From assembly GCA_050331235.1 (NCBI GenBank), contig JBHJHA010000021.1, positions 9,161 to 73,160 of the forward strand: a stretch of DNA of 64,000 bases, given 5' to 3'. The position numbers and the translations under genes were made by a program. Under the pieces are notes generated by a model. It made no database searches, was not told the DNA's origin, and saw only the letters and a program-made list of their open reading frames with translations. Shown piece by piece: positions 22,575-33,697 of this stretch (the stretch's first letter is position 1; each line of letters starts with the position of its first letter). This DNA comes from Leptolyngbyaceae cyanobacterium (lineage in GTDB: Bacteria; Cyanobacteriota; Cyanobacteriia; Phormidesmidales; Phormidesmidaceae).

Positions 22575-23450
22575 CTAACGATACTTTTTCAGCAGTAGAT
22601 CGAGCTTTTTGAGGGTGGCAGCTGGTGCTTGGTCCGAGGGCGTAATCACGGCGTATTTCAAGGCATCGTGGGCTTCCGAAGCGGGAAGAGTTTGCGCTAG
22701 CGATCGCACGGCATGGCGAATCACTGCTTGGGCATTCTCGGCGTTTTTTCGCAGGTTGCCGATGACCATTTCCACCGTGACGCTGTCATGATCAGGGTGC
22801 CAACAGTCGTAGTCCGTCACCAGGGCTAAAGTGGCGTAGGCAATTTCCGCCTCGCGGGCCAGCTTAGCTTCTGGCAGGTTTGTCATGCCAATAATCGTCG
22901 CGCCCCAACTGCGATAGAGATTGGACTCCGCCTTAGTGGAAAATGCTGGACCTTCCATACAGACGTAGGTGCCGCCCCGATGCACGGTGATATCCGGCAA
23001 TTGCAAGCCCGTGGCGGCATCGGCCAACACTTTTGCCAACTCAGCACATATGGGGTCGCCAAAAGCGATATGTGCGACAATGCCCTCGCCAAAAAAGGTG
23101 GAGATGCGGTTTTTAGTGCGATCGATAAACTGATCGGGGACTACCATATCCAAGGGCTTGGCAGATGCCTGCAAAGACCCCACCGCCGACGCAGAAATCA
23201 AATACCTTACCCCGAGTTGCTTCATCGCGTAGATGTTGGCCCGAAAGGGCAGCTCCGAGGGAGTTAAAGTATGGTTGCGACCATGGCGGGCTAAAAAGGC
23301 GACTTGAGTCCCCTCCAAAGTGCCTACAATCAGCGCATCCGACGGTTTGCCAAAGGGGGTGTCTACTGGCACTTCTTGTACATCGGTCAGGGCTTCCATT
23401 TGGTAGAGACCGCTGCCGCCAATAATGCCAATTGTTGCCTGGGGTGCCAT
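22575..23450 (-). CDS. mtnP: S-methyl-5'-thioadenosine phosphorylase
   Basis: [50 protein letters not shown]. Confidence 0.96.
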   Translation of the reverse strand: MAPQATIGIIGGSGLYQMEALTDVQEVPVDTPFGKPSDALIVGTLEGTQVAFLARHGRNHTLTPSELPFRANIYAMKQLGVRYLISASAVGSLQASAKPLDMVVPDQFIDRTKNRISTFFGEGIVAHIAFGDPICAELAKVLADAATGLQLPDITVHRGGTYVCMEGPAFSTKAESNLYRSWGATIIGMTNLPEAKLAREAEIAYATLALVTDYDCWHPDHDSVTVEMVIGNLRKNAENAQAVIRHAVRSLAQTLPASEAHDALKYAVITPSDQAPAATLKKLDLLLKKYR

Positions 23451-23708
23451 GGAAATGGGTAATTCGACGAGGATGATTGTAGCGAGTTCTCAGGGTGAAC
23501 GGGAACTGACCATACATGCATACCTCTGGATGCGCTTTAGCAATTGGTTCGCTGCGGTGGTCTTGAATTCGCAGCCTAGGCTGCCTGCGATCGCTACTCG
23601 CCCGTCTGATTTCAAAATTATGGGCCTTGAACTCGCTGTTGAAGACTCCTAATCACTTAGCCTAGCTCGGTAGCATTGGCGATGAGTTTGAGGGAAGGGG
23701 TGGCGTGG

Positions 23709-23745
23709 TGTGTATCACACTGCCTGTGCATCGCACTGCCTGTGC
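23709..23745. repeat. 16-bp imperfect tandem repeat in the mtnP-glsA intergenic region
   Basis: TGTGTATCACACTGCC TGTGCATCGCACTGCC TGTGC. Confidence 0.6.
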
Positions 23746-24055
23746 TTTGAGAGAGGCAGAAACCGGTTTCGATAGTGTTTGAGCAGCCGTCGATTCAGGT
23801 CCCACGAGGCGCACACAGGTGCTCAATGTATGGTGACCTCTCAGCACAAAGCGCCTCAGCAAAAGCTGATATGGTTGGAAGAGGCTGCCTCTAGCTGAGC
23901 TATGGCGACTGAGGTGGCAGTATGGCGGTGTCTTTGGTCTGGGTGCAGGATTTGTAACTTAGGTCTAAACCCCTGGTTGAAACCGTGGACGAGCCAATGA
24001 TTTTAGGACGCCGGTAGCCGCGCCCCACTGACAGCTTTGGGTCAGGAGCAAGTGA

Positions 24056-25024
24056 GTGTCATCCATTCAAACATTTTTGTATGCTCTCCATGAGCAATAT
24101 CGAGGCCTAGACGAGGGACAGCTCGCTACCTATATTCCTGAATTGGCTAAGGCCGATCCAAATCAGTTTGGGATTAGCATTGCCACCCTGGATGGCCGGG
24201 TCTTTGAGGTCGGCGATACGGCGACTCCGTTTACTATCCAGTCAATTTCCAAGGTGTTTGTGTATGGTATGGCCCTAGAGGACTGGGGGCGCGATCACCT
24301 ATTGGAGAAAGTAGGCGTTGAGCCCACGGGGGATCCCTTCAATTCCCTCATTCGTCTTGATGAAGCCTCCCACCGTCCGGACAATCCTATGGTGAATGCT
24401 GGAGCGATCGCGACCACCAGCTTAATTCGTGGCGAGAGCCCGACCGACCGACTCAATCGCCTCCTCAGCATGTTTCGCCGGTATGTGGGCAACGATGATG
24501 TCCATGTGGATCTGTCTACGTTTTTGTCAGAGCGAGCTACCGGTCACCGAAATCGAGCGATCGCCCACTTGATGCTTAACTTCGGTATGATCGACGACGA
24601 TATCGAAGCAGCCCTTGATCTGTACTTCCAGCAGTGTGCGGTTTTAGTCACTTGCCGCGATTTGGCCCTCATGGCAGCGGCATTGGCCAACTATGGTAAG
24701 CATCCCATCACCCACGAGCAGGTCTTAAAACCAGAATATGTCCGGGATGTCCTCAGCGTGATGTATACCTGCGGGATGTATAACTTCGCCGGAGAGTGGG
24801 CATTTCGGGTAGGCATTCCGGCCATAAGTGGCGTTTCGGGGGGAGTGATTGCAGTCATTCCCAACCAGGCGGGTATTGCCGTCTTTTCACCGCGGCTAGA
24901 CAGCAATGGTAATAGCGTTCGTGGTGTCCAAGTTTTTGAAGCCCTCTCACAACAATATGGCTTCCACCTCTTTGACCTATCGATGGGCCACTGTCGTTTT
25001 CAAAAGAGCCTAGAGCTGCCCTGA
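24056..25024 (+). CDS. glsA: Glutaminase A
   Basis: [10 protein letters not shown], catalytic [44 protein letters not shown]. Confidence 0.95.
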   Translation: MSSIQTFLYALHEQYRGLDEGQLATYIPELAKADPNQFGISIATLDGRVFEVGDTATPFTIQSISKVFVYGMALEDWGRDHLLEKVGVEPTGDPFNSLIRLDEASHRPDNPMVNAGAIATTSLIRGESPTDRLNRLLSMFRRYVGNDDVHVDLSTFLSERATGHRNRAIAHLMLNFGMIDDDIEAALDLYFQQCAVLVTCRDLALMAAALANYGKHPITHEQVLKPEYVRDVLSVMYTCGMYNFAGEWAFRVGIPAISGVSGGVIAVIPNQAGIAVFSPRLDSNGNSVRGVQVFEALSQQYGFHLFDLSMGHCRFQKSLELP

Positions 25025-25113
25025 CAGCCACCCACCCAATGATAGAACAGCCTCGATTCTCCACCGTTCAATGGCTAATACTCTTTCTGCGAATCACGAC
25101 TACCCATAGAGTC

Positions 25114-25156
25114 TTCAAAGCCCCTTTTTCAAGGGGGCAGCGACAGCGGGGAATCT
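25114..25156. repeat. Cyanobacterial short palindromic intergenic repeat (CCCCTT...AAGGGGG type)
   Basis: TTCAAAGCCCCTTTTTCAAGGGGGCAGCGACAGCGGGGAATCT between convergent genes. Resembles a dispersed REP-like family common in filamentous cyanobacteria; only one copy in this window. Confidence 0.55.
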
Positions 25157-25221
25157 TCAAATCAGTAGCGCTATTGCAGAGAATCGGTGTAGGCTGCATA
25201 GCTGTTGGGGAAAATTGCGCA

Positions 25222-25251
25222 ATAAAAAGGGACAAGCGCTAACTTGTCCCT
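25222..25251 (-). terminator. Intrinsic terminator downstream of hli
   Basis: AGGGACAAG/CTTGTCCCT 9-bp stem with a T tract on the minus strand. Confidence 0.75.
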
Positions 25252-25342
25252 CATATCTCTGACTGAAAGGTAAATACCTTGTCAACAGGAAGGCTGACAC
25301 CTGCCAAGACCACTAGGGTCAGCCCTGATTTTGTCTTTAGAC

Positions 25343-25483
25343 TTACATCAAGCCCAACTGAGCAAGGATGCCTTGGCCAGTGATGTACTCAGTTGCAATG
25401 CCAATTACGAATCCCAGCATTGCTAGGCGACCGTTCCAGTTCTCGGCAAATTCGGTAAAGCCAAACTTAGTTTGCTCTTCCAT
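25343..25483 (-). CDS. hli: High-light-inducible protein (small CAB-like, HliC/ScpB type), 46 aa, below the ORF-track cutoff
   Basis: Manual translation MEEQTKFGFTEFAENWNGRLAMLGFVIGIATEYITGQGILAQLGLM* contains the ExxNGRxAMxG chlorophyll-binding motif; preceded by RBS GAGG. Confidence 0.96.
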   Translation of the reverse strand: MEEQTKFGFTEFAENWNGRLAMLGFVIGIATEYITGQGILAQLGLM

Positions 25484-25609
25484 GTGTTAAAACCTCTATT
25501 GCTTCAAGGGGGGAGAGGCTTTTTGACCTCTTGTTTACAAATTTAAACCATTCTTCAGGGAAAGTGCAACAATTCTTCAACATATACCTCCCATGATAGA
25601 GAACGCTTG

Positions 25610-27421
25610 TTATGGCAGGGCTAGAGCCTTGCCGCCACCCCGTCTTTGGGGCTCGGCAACAGCTGTTATTAGGCCATTTGGGTTGACAAGAATGCCTGTC
25701 GCGGCCCCAATTTCGTCCGTGTAGGCCAGTTGGTGTCCCAGGGTCAATAGGGCCTCGCCGAGGTTGGTGTACTCAAATGCTCGCTCTAGGGATGTTGCCC
25801 CCGTATTGCGTTGGGAAAGCCGCGGCGCTGCGATCGCCGTCTCCAGATCCATGCCAAAGTCGATGATGTTGACGACGATGCCCAGCACCGTTGTGATGAT
25901 GGTTGAGCCCCCCGGCGAACCAAAGGCCAAAACGCTACCGTCTGGGGCGATGGCGATGGTTGGGGCCATGCTGCTCCGGGGCCGCTTGCCGGGTTCAGGC
26001 ACATTGGGATGAGGCGCTGTTGCGTTGAAGTCCGTCAGTTCATTGTTCAAAATAAAGCCGTAACCCGGTACAACGATCCCTGACCCACCTGTCGACTCCA
26101 GAGTCAGGGTGTATGACACAACCATGCCGTTGGCATCTACCACAGTAATGTGGGTCGTTGAGAGACCTTCTGGGTCCACTGTTGGCGTCACGGTGGGCAT
26201 GGCTGTCAGGCTGGGGCTCGGGTCTTGTTGATAGGGCAACGGGTTGCCAGGGACTGCCCGATCAGTCGCGCCCGCCGCCGGTGCCGTTGGCGATAATTGG
26301 GCGCGACGGGCTTCTATATAGTCTGAAGACAGCAAACCCGCTAGGGGCACATCGACATATTCCGGGTCGCCTAGATAGGCATTGCGATCGCTAAACGCCA
26401 AACGCTGCGCTTCGATCAGCCAGTGCAGCGCTGTGCCCCGATCCATTTGGCTTAGGTCTAAGCCTTCAAGTAGCGCTAGGGTTTGTGCTACGGTGACTCC
26501 GCCGCTACTGGGCAATCCCATCCCAAATAGCCGATAGCCCCGATAGGTACTTGCCAAGGCTGGTCGCACCCGCACCTGATAGCGATCAAGGTCGGCAGTA
26601 GTTAGTCGCCCTGGCCACACTTTGAAAGGGGGCGACTCGACCACAGGGGGCTGCTGGACGGTATTGGCGATCGCTTCCGCAATTTCCCCTCGATAAAAAT
26701 CGTTGATGCCAGCGGTGGCTAAACGACGGTAGGTTGCCGCCAAATAAGGATTGAGAAACAGACTTCCCACTGCCGGCACGTTGCCCCCCGGTAGGTAAAG
26801 GTCGCGGGTGCTGGTAAAGGCAGCAAACCGTTCCTGATTTTGCTCAATTTGTGCAGCAAAGGTCGCATCGACGGTGAAGCCTGACTCTGCCAGGATGATC
26901 GCCGGTTGCAATACCTCAGCCAGCGATCGCGTGCCATACCGCTGTAGGGCTGTGACCCAGTTGAGAGGTGTACCTGGCACACCCACTGCTAAGCCGCTGG
27001 TAATCCGATTGGGGTAAAACGGCAGCAGTTCACCTGGAGAGTTTTCAGGATCCTGAAACAAATCGGGTGTGGTTGCCGCTGGGGCTACTTCGCGCCCATC
27101 TAAGGTGATGACAGCATTCTTGTCAGGGTCGTAGATCACCATAAACCCACCGCCCCCAATACCCGCCGAAAACGGATCGGTTACCCCTACGGCGGCAGCG
27201 GTGGCGATCGCTGCATCCACGGCATTGCCCCCCGAGCGCAATACTCCCAAGCCGATTTGCGTAGCCTGCTCATCGACGCTAGCGACTGCGCCCCCGGTGC
27301 CCATAGCCACATGGGGAGGTGACGACGAAGAAACTGCTCTCGGCCAACTAATGCTTGCCCAAAGGCAAGTCGGGAGCACTATCCAAATCAACCAGCTTTT
27401 GAACCTAAAACGCCAATTCAA
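25610..27421 (-). CDS. ggt: Gamma-glutamyltransferase
   Basis: GGNAVDAAIA, GIGGGGF, LDGREVAP, autocleavage STTHITVVD, LNNELTDF, PGKRPRSSMAP, GSPGGSTI. Confidence 0.95.
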   Translation of the reverse strand: MNWRFRFKSWLIWIVLPTCLWASISWPRAVSSSSPPHVAMGTGGAVASVDEQATQIGLGVLRSGGNAVDAAIATAAAVGVTDPFSAGIGGGGFMVIYDPDKNAVITLDGREVAPAATTPDLFQDPENSPGELLPFYPNRITSGLAVGVPGTPLNWVTALQRYGTRSLAEVLQPAIILAESGFTVDATFAAQIEQNQERFAAFTSTRDLYLPGGNVPAVGSLFLNPYLAATYRRLATAGINDFYRGEIAEAIANTVQQPPVVESPPFKVWPGRLTTADLDRYQVRVRPALASTYRGYRLFGMGLPSSGGVTVAQTLALLEGLDLSQMDRGTALHWLIEAQRLAFSDRNAYLGDPEYVDVPLAGLLSSDYIEARRAQLSPTAPAAGATDRAVPGNPLPYQQDPSPSLTAMPTVTPTVDPEGLSTTHITVVDANGMVVSYTLTLESTGGSGIVVPGYGFILNNELTDFNATAPHPNVPEPGKRPRSSMAPTIAIAPDGSVLAFGSPGGSTIITTVLGIVVNIIDFGMDLETAIAAPRLSQRNTGATSLERAFEYTNLGEALLTLGHQLAYTDEIGAATGILVNPNGLITAVAEPQRRGGGKALALP

Positions 27422-27789
27422 AGCAGTGATCTCCCTATGTGAATGTTGCCAAAAGCGTATCTCAGTTTAGGTATTTGATCAGAAAGGTTCAGAACAGTTT
27501 AAGAAGAAAAATCTTAAGCCATCGTGATCTCTTCTGACATATCTGACGATTTTCAGGTATGTCTGGACAGGACTTCACTAAGCAATAACTAACCTGCTCT
27601 TGACTGAATTGGGAGGTTCTACCAGCTGGGGCAAAATGTTCCTATCAATTTTTGGCAATAATTCTGATTATTGATGATTCCCTTTGATGTCGGACCGTTA
27701 TTATTGCTGAGGCACGCTTAAGCGCATCACAAGCGATAGCTGAAATGATGGTTAAAGATGCTTTTAATTTTCACGGGAGAGAATGAAAG

Positions 27790-28536
27790 ATGCCATTGAG
27801 TAAAAAGCTAATGGCCGAATTTATCGGCACGTTTTGGTTGGTATTCGGCGGCTGTGGGAGTGCCGTTTTTGCCGCCGCGGTGCTAGCGGACGACAATGTT
27901 TTTCCCCTGGGTATTGGCTTTGTCGGCGTTTCCCTGGCGTTCGGGTTGACTGTACTCACGATGGCCTACGCGGTCGGTCATATTTCCGGTGGCCACTTTA
28001 ACCCCGCGGTTTCGTTTGGTCTCTGGGCTGGCGGTCGCTTCCCTAGTTCTGAACTGCTGCCCTACATCATTGCCCAGGTTGTTGGGGCGATCGTGGCAGC
28101 TGGTCTGATTTATCTCATCGCGATCGGCCAACCTGGTTTCGAGCTGACCGGTGCCAATCCCCTTGCTACCAATGGCTATGGCGAGCACTCGCCCGGCGGC
28201 TACAACCTACTTTCCTGCCTAGTAACAGAAGTTGTCCTCACCTTTGTCTTTTTGTTTGTGATTTTGGGAGCAACGGATCGCCGCGCTCCTGCAGGGTTTG
28301 GTCCCATTGCGATCGGTATGGCCCTGACGCTAATTCACTTGATCAGCATTCCAATTACCAATACGTCTGTGAATCCTGCCCGTAGTCTAGGGCCTGCTAT
28401 TTTTGCCGGGGGGGCGCTCCTCGCGCAAGTGTGGCTCTTTTGGGTCGCACCGATTTTGGGGGCCGTGCTGGCAGGGTTCGCCTATTCCAGCCTGATGGAA
28501 GAACCCGCAGCGGCTAAAACTACAATGCCTGAATAA
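27790..28536 (+). CDS. aqpZ: Aquaporin Z
   Basis: [17 protein letters not shown], two NPA motifs (HFNPAV, SVNPARS), [11 protein letters not shown]. Confidence 0.97.
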   Translation: MPLSKKLMAEFIGTFWLVFGGCGSAVFAAAVLADDNVFPLGIGFVGVSLAFGLTVLTMAYAVGHISGGHFNPAVSFGLWAGGRFPSSELLPYIIAQVVGAIVAAGLIYLIAIGQPGFELTGANPLATNGYGEHSPGGYNLLSCLVTEVVLTFVFLFVILGATDRRAPAGFGPIAIGMALTLIHLISIPITNTSVNPARSLGPAIFAGGALLAQVWLFWVAPILGAVLAGFAYSSLMEEPAAAKTTMPE

Positions 28537-28559
28537 TTTGACTGGATGAAGGACAGCGG

Positions 28560-28607
28560 AGGATTTCTGCTGGTTAGGTCACAATCAACCTAATCAGCAG
28601 AAATCCT
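28560..28607. terminator. Long inverted repeat downstream of aqpZ
   Basis: AGGATTTCTGCTGGTTAGGT-N8-ACCTAATCAGCAGAAATCCT, a 20-bp near-perfect stem. Confidence 0.65.
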
Positions 28608-28628
28608 GATCAATGATGTCAAGGATAT

Positions 28629-28660
28629 AAAAAAGGACAGCCCAACGGGCTGCCCCTTTA
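28629..28660 (-). terminator. Intrinsic terminator of rplU-rpmA
   Basis: GGACAGCCC/GGGCTGCCC stem flanked by an A tract (T tract on the minus strand). Confidence 0.75.
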
Positions 28661-28685
28661 ATCTCGATGAACCTTGATGGCTACA

Positions 28686-28952
28686 TTAAACCGAAGCAGT
28701 AGCGGGATAGACGCTGATCTTCTTACGATTTTTGCCTTTGCGTTCAAAGGTCACAATGCCATCAGCTAGAGCAAACAGGGTATCGTCGCTGCCGCGACCG
28801 ACGTTGTTTCCAGGATGAAATTTGGTTCCCCGCTGACGGACGATAATGCTACCCGCAGTCACTGATTGTCCCCCATATCGCTTGACTCCCAATCGTTTGG
28901 CATTGGAGTCGCGGCCGTTACGAGTGCTGCCTGTTCCTTTTTTGTGAGCCAT
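28686..28952 (-). CDS. rpmA: 50S ribosomal protein L27
   Basis: [24 protein letters not shown]...[13 protein letters not shown]. Confidence 0.98.
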   Translation of the reverse strand: MAHKKGTGSTRNGRDSNAKRLGVKRYGGQSVTAGSIIVRQRGTKFHPGNNVGRGSDDTLFALADGIVTFERKGKNRKKISVYPATASV

Positions 28953-28983
28953 GGTGTTCTCCAGTTAGTACGAAAAAACTTGT

Positions 28984-29661
28984 CTATTCTTCTTCGGTAG
29001 CTGTTGTGTCAGCATCTGCGGCAACCTCTGCCACAGCCGGAACACTATCGTCAGCTACAACGACAGGCTCATCGATCGCTGCGACGGCCGCCTCGGCATC
29101 GGTTGCAGTTTCAGCTAGTGGTTCTGCTGTAGTGGTCTCGATATTTTCTGGAATGTCTTCCTCTTCAACCACTACGGTAGTGTCAACCGCAGCATCCTCA
29201 TTTTGCGGGAGTTTGACCTGAGTTTCTAGATCTTCTGCCTTGCTACTTTCAGATTGTGACGATTCCGAAGGAGAGGTGGCGGAGCCAGCACTAGCGCTAG
29301 TAGTGCTAACACCAGTAGTCGTTGCCGCGCCTGCTAAAACTTCACCATTTAAGGAGATGGCATCAATCATGAGACGGGTGAGCTCTTGCCGATGTCCGCG
29401 CTTTTTGCGAGTCTTTTTCTTCGGCTTCATCTTATAGACAATGATTTTTTTGCCCCGCAGGTGACGCATCACTGTGCCAGAAACTGTGGCCCCCTCAACT
29501 AAGGGCTGCCCTACGAATGTTTCTCCATCGTGGGAGACAAACAAAACTTTATCAATATTGACGTTGCCGTCCTCTTCGACCGGTAGCCGATCAAAATCGT
29601 AGAACCGACCCGGCTCTACCCGAAACTGTTTGCCGCTAGCTTCAATAATTGCGTAAGTCAT
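28984..29661 (-). CDS. rplU: 50S ribosomal protein L21 with a long acidic C-terminal extension
   Basis: [12 protein letters not shown]...[26 protein letters not shown], followed by about 115 residues rich in A/T/S/E/D. Confidence 0.97.
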   Translation of the reverse strand: MTYAIIEASGKQFRVEPGRFYDFDRLPVEEDGNVNIDKVLFVSHDGETFVGQPLVEGATVSGTVMRHLRGKKIIVYKMKPKKKTRKKRGHRQELTRLMIDAISLNGEVLAGAATTTGVSTTSASAGSATSPSESSQSESSKAEDLETQVKLPQNEDAAVDTTVVVEEEDIPENIETTTAEPLAETATDAEAAVAAIDEPVVVADDSVPAVAEVAADADTTATEEE

Positions 29662-30003
29662 TTACTTTCCTTGAGAGTGCCGTACAGGCAACAGCAAAGC
29701 CGTTTTGACATGGGCCTGATCCGAGCAACCTAATACACACGAAATCCCATTATCCGTTATGGAAGATAGGGATGTCAACCAGTGGGTGATACTTTATGTA
29801 AGCGCGGTGGTTGTGAACTGGTAAGTCGGGTGGCGAAATTCTCCTAAGCTTCAGCGGAGCGCGGCTAGTGCCAGCGATCGCATTTTCTGTAGGAAACCTC
29901 TGTAATCCATCGAGGGGATGACGAATCTCAAACAGTTCGCAAAAATGTCCTGAATGCAGCCTCTGACACCTGTCAGAACAGACATGCTGCACAGGTATTT
30001 GTC

Positions 30004-31176
30004 ATGGCTGCTGAAGTTTGCTTGTTGTTGATGCAATCTCTCACTGGAGACTGCGATGCCCAGCCATCGGCACCGATGGTGTCGCCACCGTCGGTTACCC
30101 AATCCGAGTCTGACGACTCGACCCCGGCAGCAGTAACCGTGGACACCGCGATCGCCCCTCGCAAATCAACTACGCCCCAATTTGGCAAACTCTGTGAGGG
30201 CGACTTAGGCAACCAGCTAGCAGTGTGTGCGGTGCCCTCCAAAGCGCGGGAACATTGGCCAGCCCCACACTCAGGGGTGGACCTGGATAAGTCACGGTCA
30301 AGTGCTACTGCTGTGTCACCACCTGTACCGGTCACGGCACCAGCGGCTCTAGATTTGCCTGCTGTGCAGCGGCCGGTAGCCACTCCCACCTTGCGCGCCC
30401 CGCAGTTCAGCGGGCCACCACCAGTTGTTGCGGCCAATCCATTGCCATCGGCGCGGGGAGCCGATGCGGTGCTCAGGCCGCGGTCGGGGTCGGAGTTGTT
30501 TTTGCAGCGACAGTTAGCCCTGCAGTCTGGCCAGTCATACACCCGGTTGTCTCCCAATACGTTTGCAGACCAGTGGCAACAGGTTAGTCGCCAGCCCACC
30601 TATGAAGACTGGCAAAGATTGCTTGCCCAAGAGGCCCGGGCCATCGCCGGGGGACAAGGCAATAACCGCCTCGAAATTATTGTGGGAGATTCCTTTGGTC
30701 TCTGGCTGCCCCCAGAACTGCTACCACGCGATCGCCTCTGGCTGAATCAAAGTATCTCTGGCGATACCACCGCCGGTATCTTGCGCCGGGTGAGTGCCTT
30801 TGCCCATACGCGGGCCACTACCATTCACCTCATGGCCGGAGCCAACGACTTGAAAAATGGCGTTTCGGAAAGCCGAATCGTCGGCAATCTCCAGCAAACG
30901 ATTCACCTACTCCGGCAGCAGCACCCCCAAGCGAACATCGTCGTATATTCGGTGCTGCCCACCCGCCGAGCAGAGATTAGTAACGATCGCGTGCGATCGC
31001 TCAACCACCAGCTTGCGGCTATGACCCAGCAGCGCGGCGTAGAATTCCGCAATGTGCATGGGCGCTTTCAAGATGCATGGGGGCATCTCCGGCCAGACTT
31101 AACCACTGATGGCCTGCATCTGAATGCCCAGGGTTACCGACTGTGGCAGCAGGCCATCTTAGCGTGGGCTCAATAG
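30004..31176 (+). CDS. SGNH/GDSL hydrolase with a Pro-rich N-terminal region
   Basis: IVGDS (block I), NQSISGDTT, GANDL, DGLHLN. Confidence 0.88.
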   Translation: MAAEVCLLLMQSLTGDCDAQPSAPMVSPPSVTQSESDDSTPAAVTVDTAIAPRKSTTPQFGKLCEGDLGNQLAVCAVPSKAREHWPAPHSGVDLDKSRSSATAVSPPVPVTAPAALDLPAVQRPVATPTLRAPQFSGPPPVVAANPLPSARGADAVLRPRSGSELFLQRQLALQSGQSYTRLSPNTFADQWQQVSRQPTYEDWQRLLAQEARAIAGGQGNNRLEIIVGDSFGLWLPPELLPRDRLWLNQSISGDTTAGILRRVSAFAHTRATTIHLMAGANDLKNGVSESRIVGNLQQTIHLLRQQHPQANIVVYSVLPTRRAEISNDRVRSLNHQLAAMTQQRGVEFRNVHGRFQDAWGHLRPDLTTDGLHLNAQGYRLWQQAILAWAQ

Positions 31177-31332
31177 CACCGTTGGTCAGCCATCATTGGT
31201 ATCTCGCCGGGATGGAGCGACTCAGTGCGGGGGCAATTGTCCGCCCTGCAGACCTTGACTTAAGATTGAGCCAACCCGTGGATCTAAGCAGCGCTTGCCA
31301 GGGTGAATGGTTGAACAACAAGGAATGCGGGC

Positions 31333-33633
31333 ATGGTCAACGCGATCGCCGATCGCATGGCGACGATGGCGGAAATCCGAGCCGGGTTAAGGGCAGGGCA
31401 GCGGGCCTTAGCCGATTGGTCAGGGGGGCCGCTAGCAGTGTCGGCGGTGCCTGGCGCGGGCAAGTCCACGGGAATGGCGGCGGGGGCGGCGATCGCCATT
31501 GTGCGCCATCAACTCAATGCCCGGCATCAGCTAGTGCTAGTCACCTTTACCCGATCAGCCGCAGCCAACCTCAAAGTCAAAGTGCAGCGGTACCTGCGAT
31601 CGCTCCAATATCCCCTCAACAGTTTTGTGGTGTACACCCTGCACGGATTAGCGCTGACCATCGCGACGCGGAATCCTGACCTTTCGGGGATCAGTCTCGA
31701 TACCCTGACGCTGCTGACCCCCACTCAAAACAATCGTCTGGTCCGGACCTGTGTCGAGCGTTGGTTAGTTGATAATCCGCACTTGTATCAGCGGCTAATT
31801 GAAGGGCGTCAGTTTGATGGCGAGGAAACGGAACGACTGCGCCGCCAGTCCACATTGCGAACGGAAATTTTGCCCCATTTGGCGACAACGGTCATTCATG
31901 AGGCCAAAAGTTCGGGGATGAAGGCGGCGCACCTCAGCCGCCTCGCCAAATCGGTCATGCGGACCCAGACCGATTTGGAGGACTATGACGTGCTCACGGT
32001 GGCGGCGGGGCTGTATGAGCAATACCAAGCCCTACTGGTACAGCGACATGTGATTGACTATGATGACATGATCTTGGCAGCTCTTCGGGTTTTAGAAGAC
32101 GATCTAACCCGGCGATTTTGGCAAGGTCGGGCTTTTGCGGTTTTTGAAGACGAAGCCCAGGATTCGTCTCCTCTGCAGACCCAGCTATAGGAGACATTGG
32201 CGGCAGATCCAGATACGCATGACTTGCCGCTCAATCTGGTCCGGGTAGGCGATCCCAACCAGGCGATCAACTCGACATTTACCCCGGCGGACCCGGTCTT
32301 TTTTAATCAGTTTTGCGATCGCGCCCAAGGACAGCAGCGCCTAGTCGTGATGAACCAAGCTGGGCGGAGCAGTGCCCTCATCATGGCCGCTGCTAATACG
32401 CTATTGACATGGGTCAACCAGTCTGGACTCACAGGCAGCCAGACTCCCTTTCGGGCGCAAACGATTCACCCGGTGCCGGCGGACGATCCGCAGCCGAACG
32501 CCAATCCGGACCCGCTGGGCGGCGGTGTGGAGTATTATCGTCCCGCTACGGTCCAGGAGACAGTGCGGCTCCTCGCGCTGCGATCGCAGGCGCTGTTTGA
32601 AACCGACCCTTCCCTGAGTCAGGCAGTCTTGGTGCGTGAGCACCGTCAGGGCCGGTTCATTCACCAGCTCTTGCAAGAGCCCGACACGCTAGGGGTCGAC
32701 CTGCTCAGCACTGGCCTACAAATCTATGACGTAGGGGAGCAAGAGCGCCAAACCCATGTCCCGTCGGAGATGCTGAGGGTGCTGCAATTTATCGAGCGTC
32801 CCCATTCTCCAGATCGACTCAAAGGGGTGTTGCGAGTATTGGTGGACCGTCAAAGAGTTCCCGCCCAAGACCTGAATGCGTTAGCCCATCAGCCCGAGCG
32901 CTTTCTCTATCCGGGACCGCTAGATGAGGCCCCACCGGCAGCAGCTGAGCAGGCGCGACGGCTGTGTCTGGGGCTGCTGCGATCGCGCTTTGAGTTGCCG
33001 CCTTATCATCTGATCCCCTTTGCCGGCTTGACCTTGGGTTATAACCAAAGCGAACTAGCCACGGCGGATAAGCTCGCGGCCCGGCTAGCCCAACAAACCC
33101 GAGAAGACAATACGCTGCGGACCATTTTGCAAGCCCTCCAAGAGATTGTCGGCACGGAGCGCTTTGAGGCAGTCGACACCGAAGACCGCGAAGACCGTTA
33201 CACCCGCCCAGGGCAGCTCACGATTTTGACCATGCACAAAGCTAAAGGTTTGGATTGGGATGTCGTGTTTTTGCCGTTTTTACATGAGCGCACCATTCCC
33301 GGTAGTTTGTGGGTGCCGCCCCAGCAGACTTTTTTAGGGGACTTTAGCTTACCCGAGGTCGCCAGGGCTCAAATTCGCACCCAAACCCACGCGGAGCATC
33401 CCTTGGACAGCGTTCCGGACTTGTTGACCGCCTGGCAGCAAGCCCAGCAGCTCAAGACAGCTGAAGAGTTTCGCCTTTTATATGTAGCCATGACCCGCGC
33501 TAGGCGGCTGTTATGGCTCGCCGCTGCCCAGACCGCGCCCTTTACCTGGAGCAACCCAGACAATTTATCGGAGCTGCCTCCCTGTCCAGCGCTACCAGTA
33601 GTGATGGCTCACTTGGCTGAGGGACACCGATAA
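31333..33633 (+). CDS. UvrD/REP-family ATP-dependent helicase; one gene split by an in-frame TAG at 32188-32190
   Basis: AVPGAGKS (Walker A), VTFTRSAA, EDEAQDSSPLQTQL*ETLA continuing in frame into RVGDPNQAI, TMHKAKGLDWD, RLLYVAMTRA. Confidence 0.92.
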
Positions 33634-33697
33634 CTCCCGCGCTGGGTCCGCTACTCTGGGAAAAGGCTCTTGTCATCTTCATGAGGCGCTGTATCCT

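Noticed and set aside
23709..23745. Possible CRISPR-like repeat
   Set aside because: Only about 2.3 adjacent 16-bp units, no spacers, and no cas genes in the window.
25530..25585. HLR1 (RpaB) site upstream of hli
   Set aside because: One TTTACAAA half-site is present, but no second half-site at the expected spacing.
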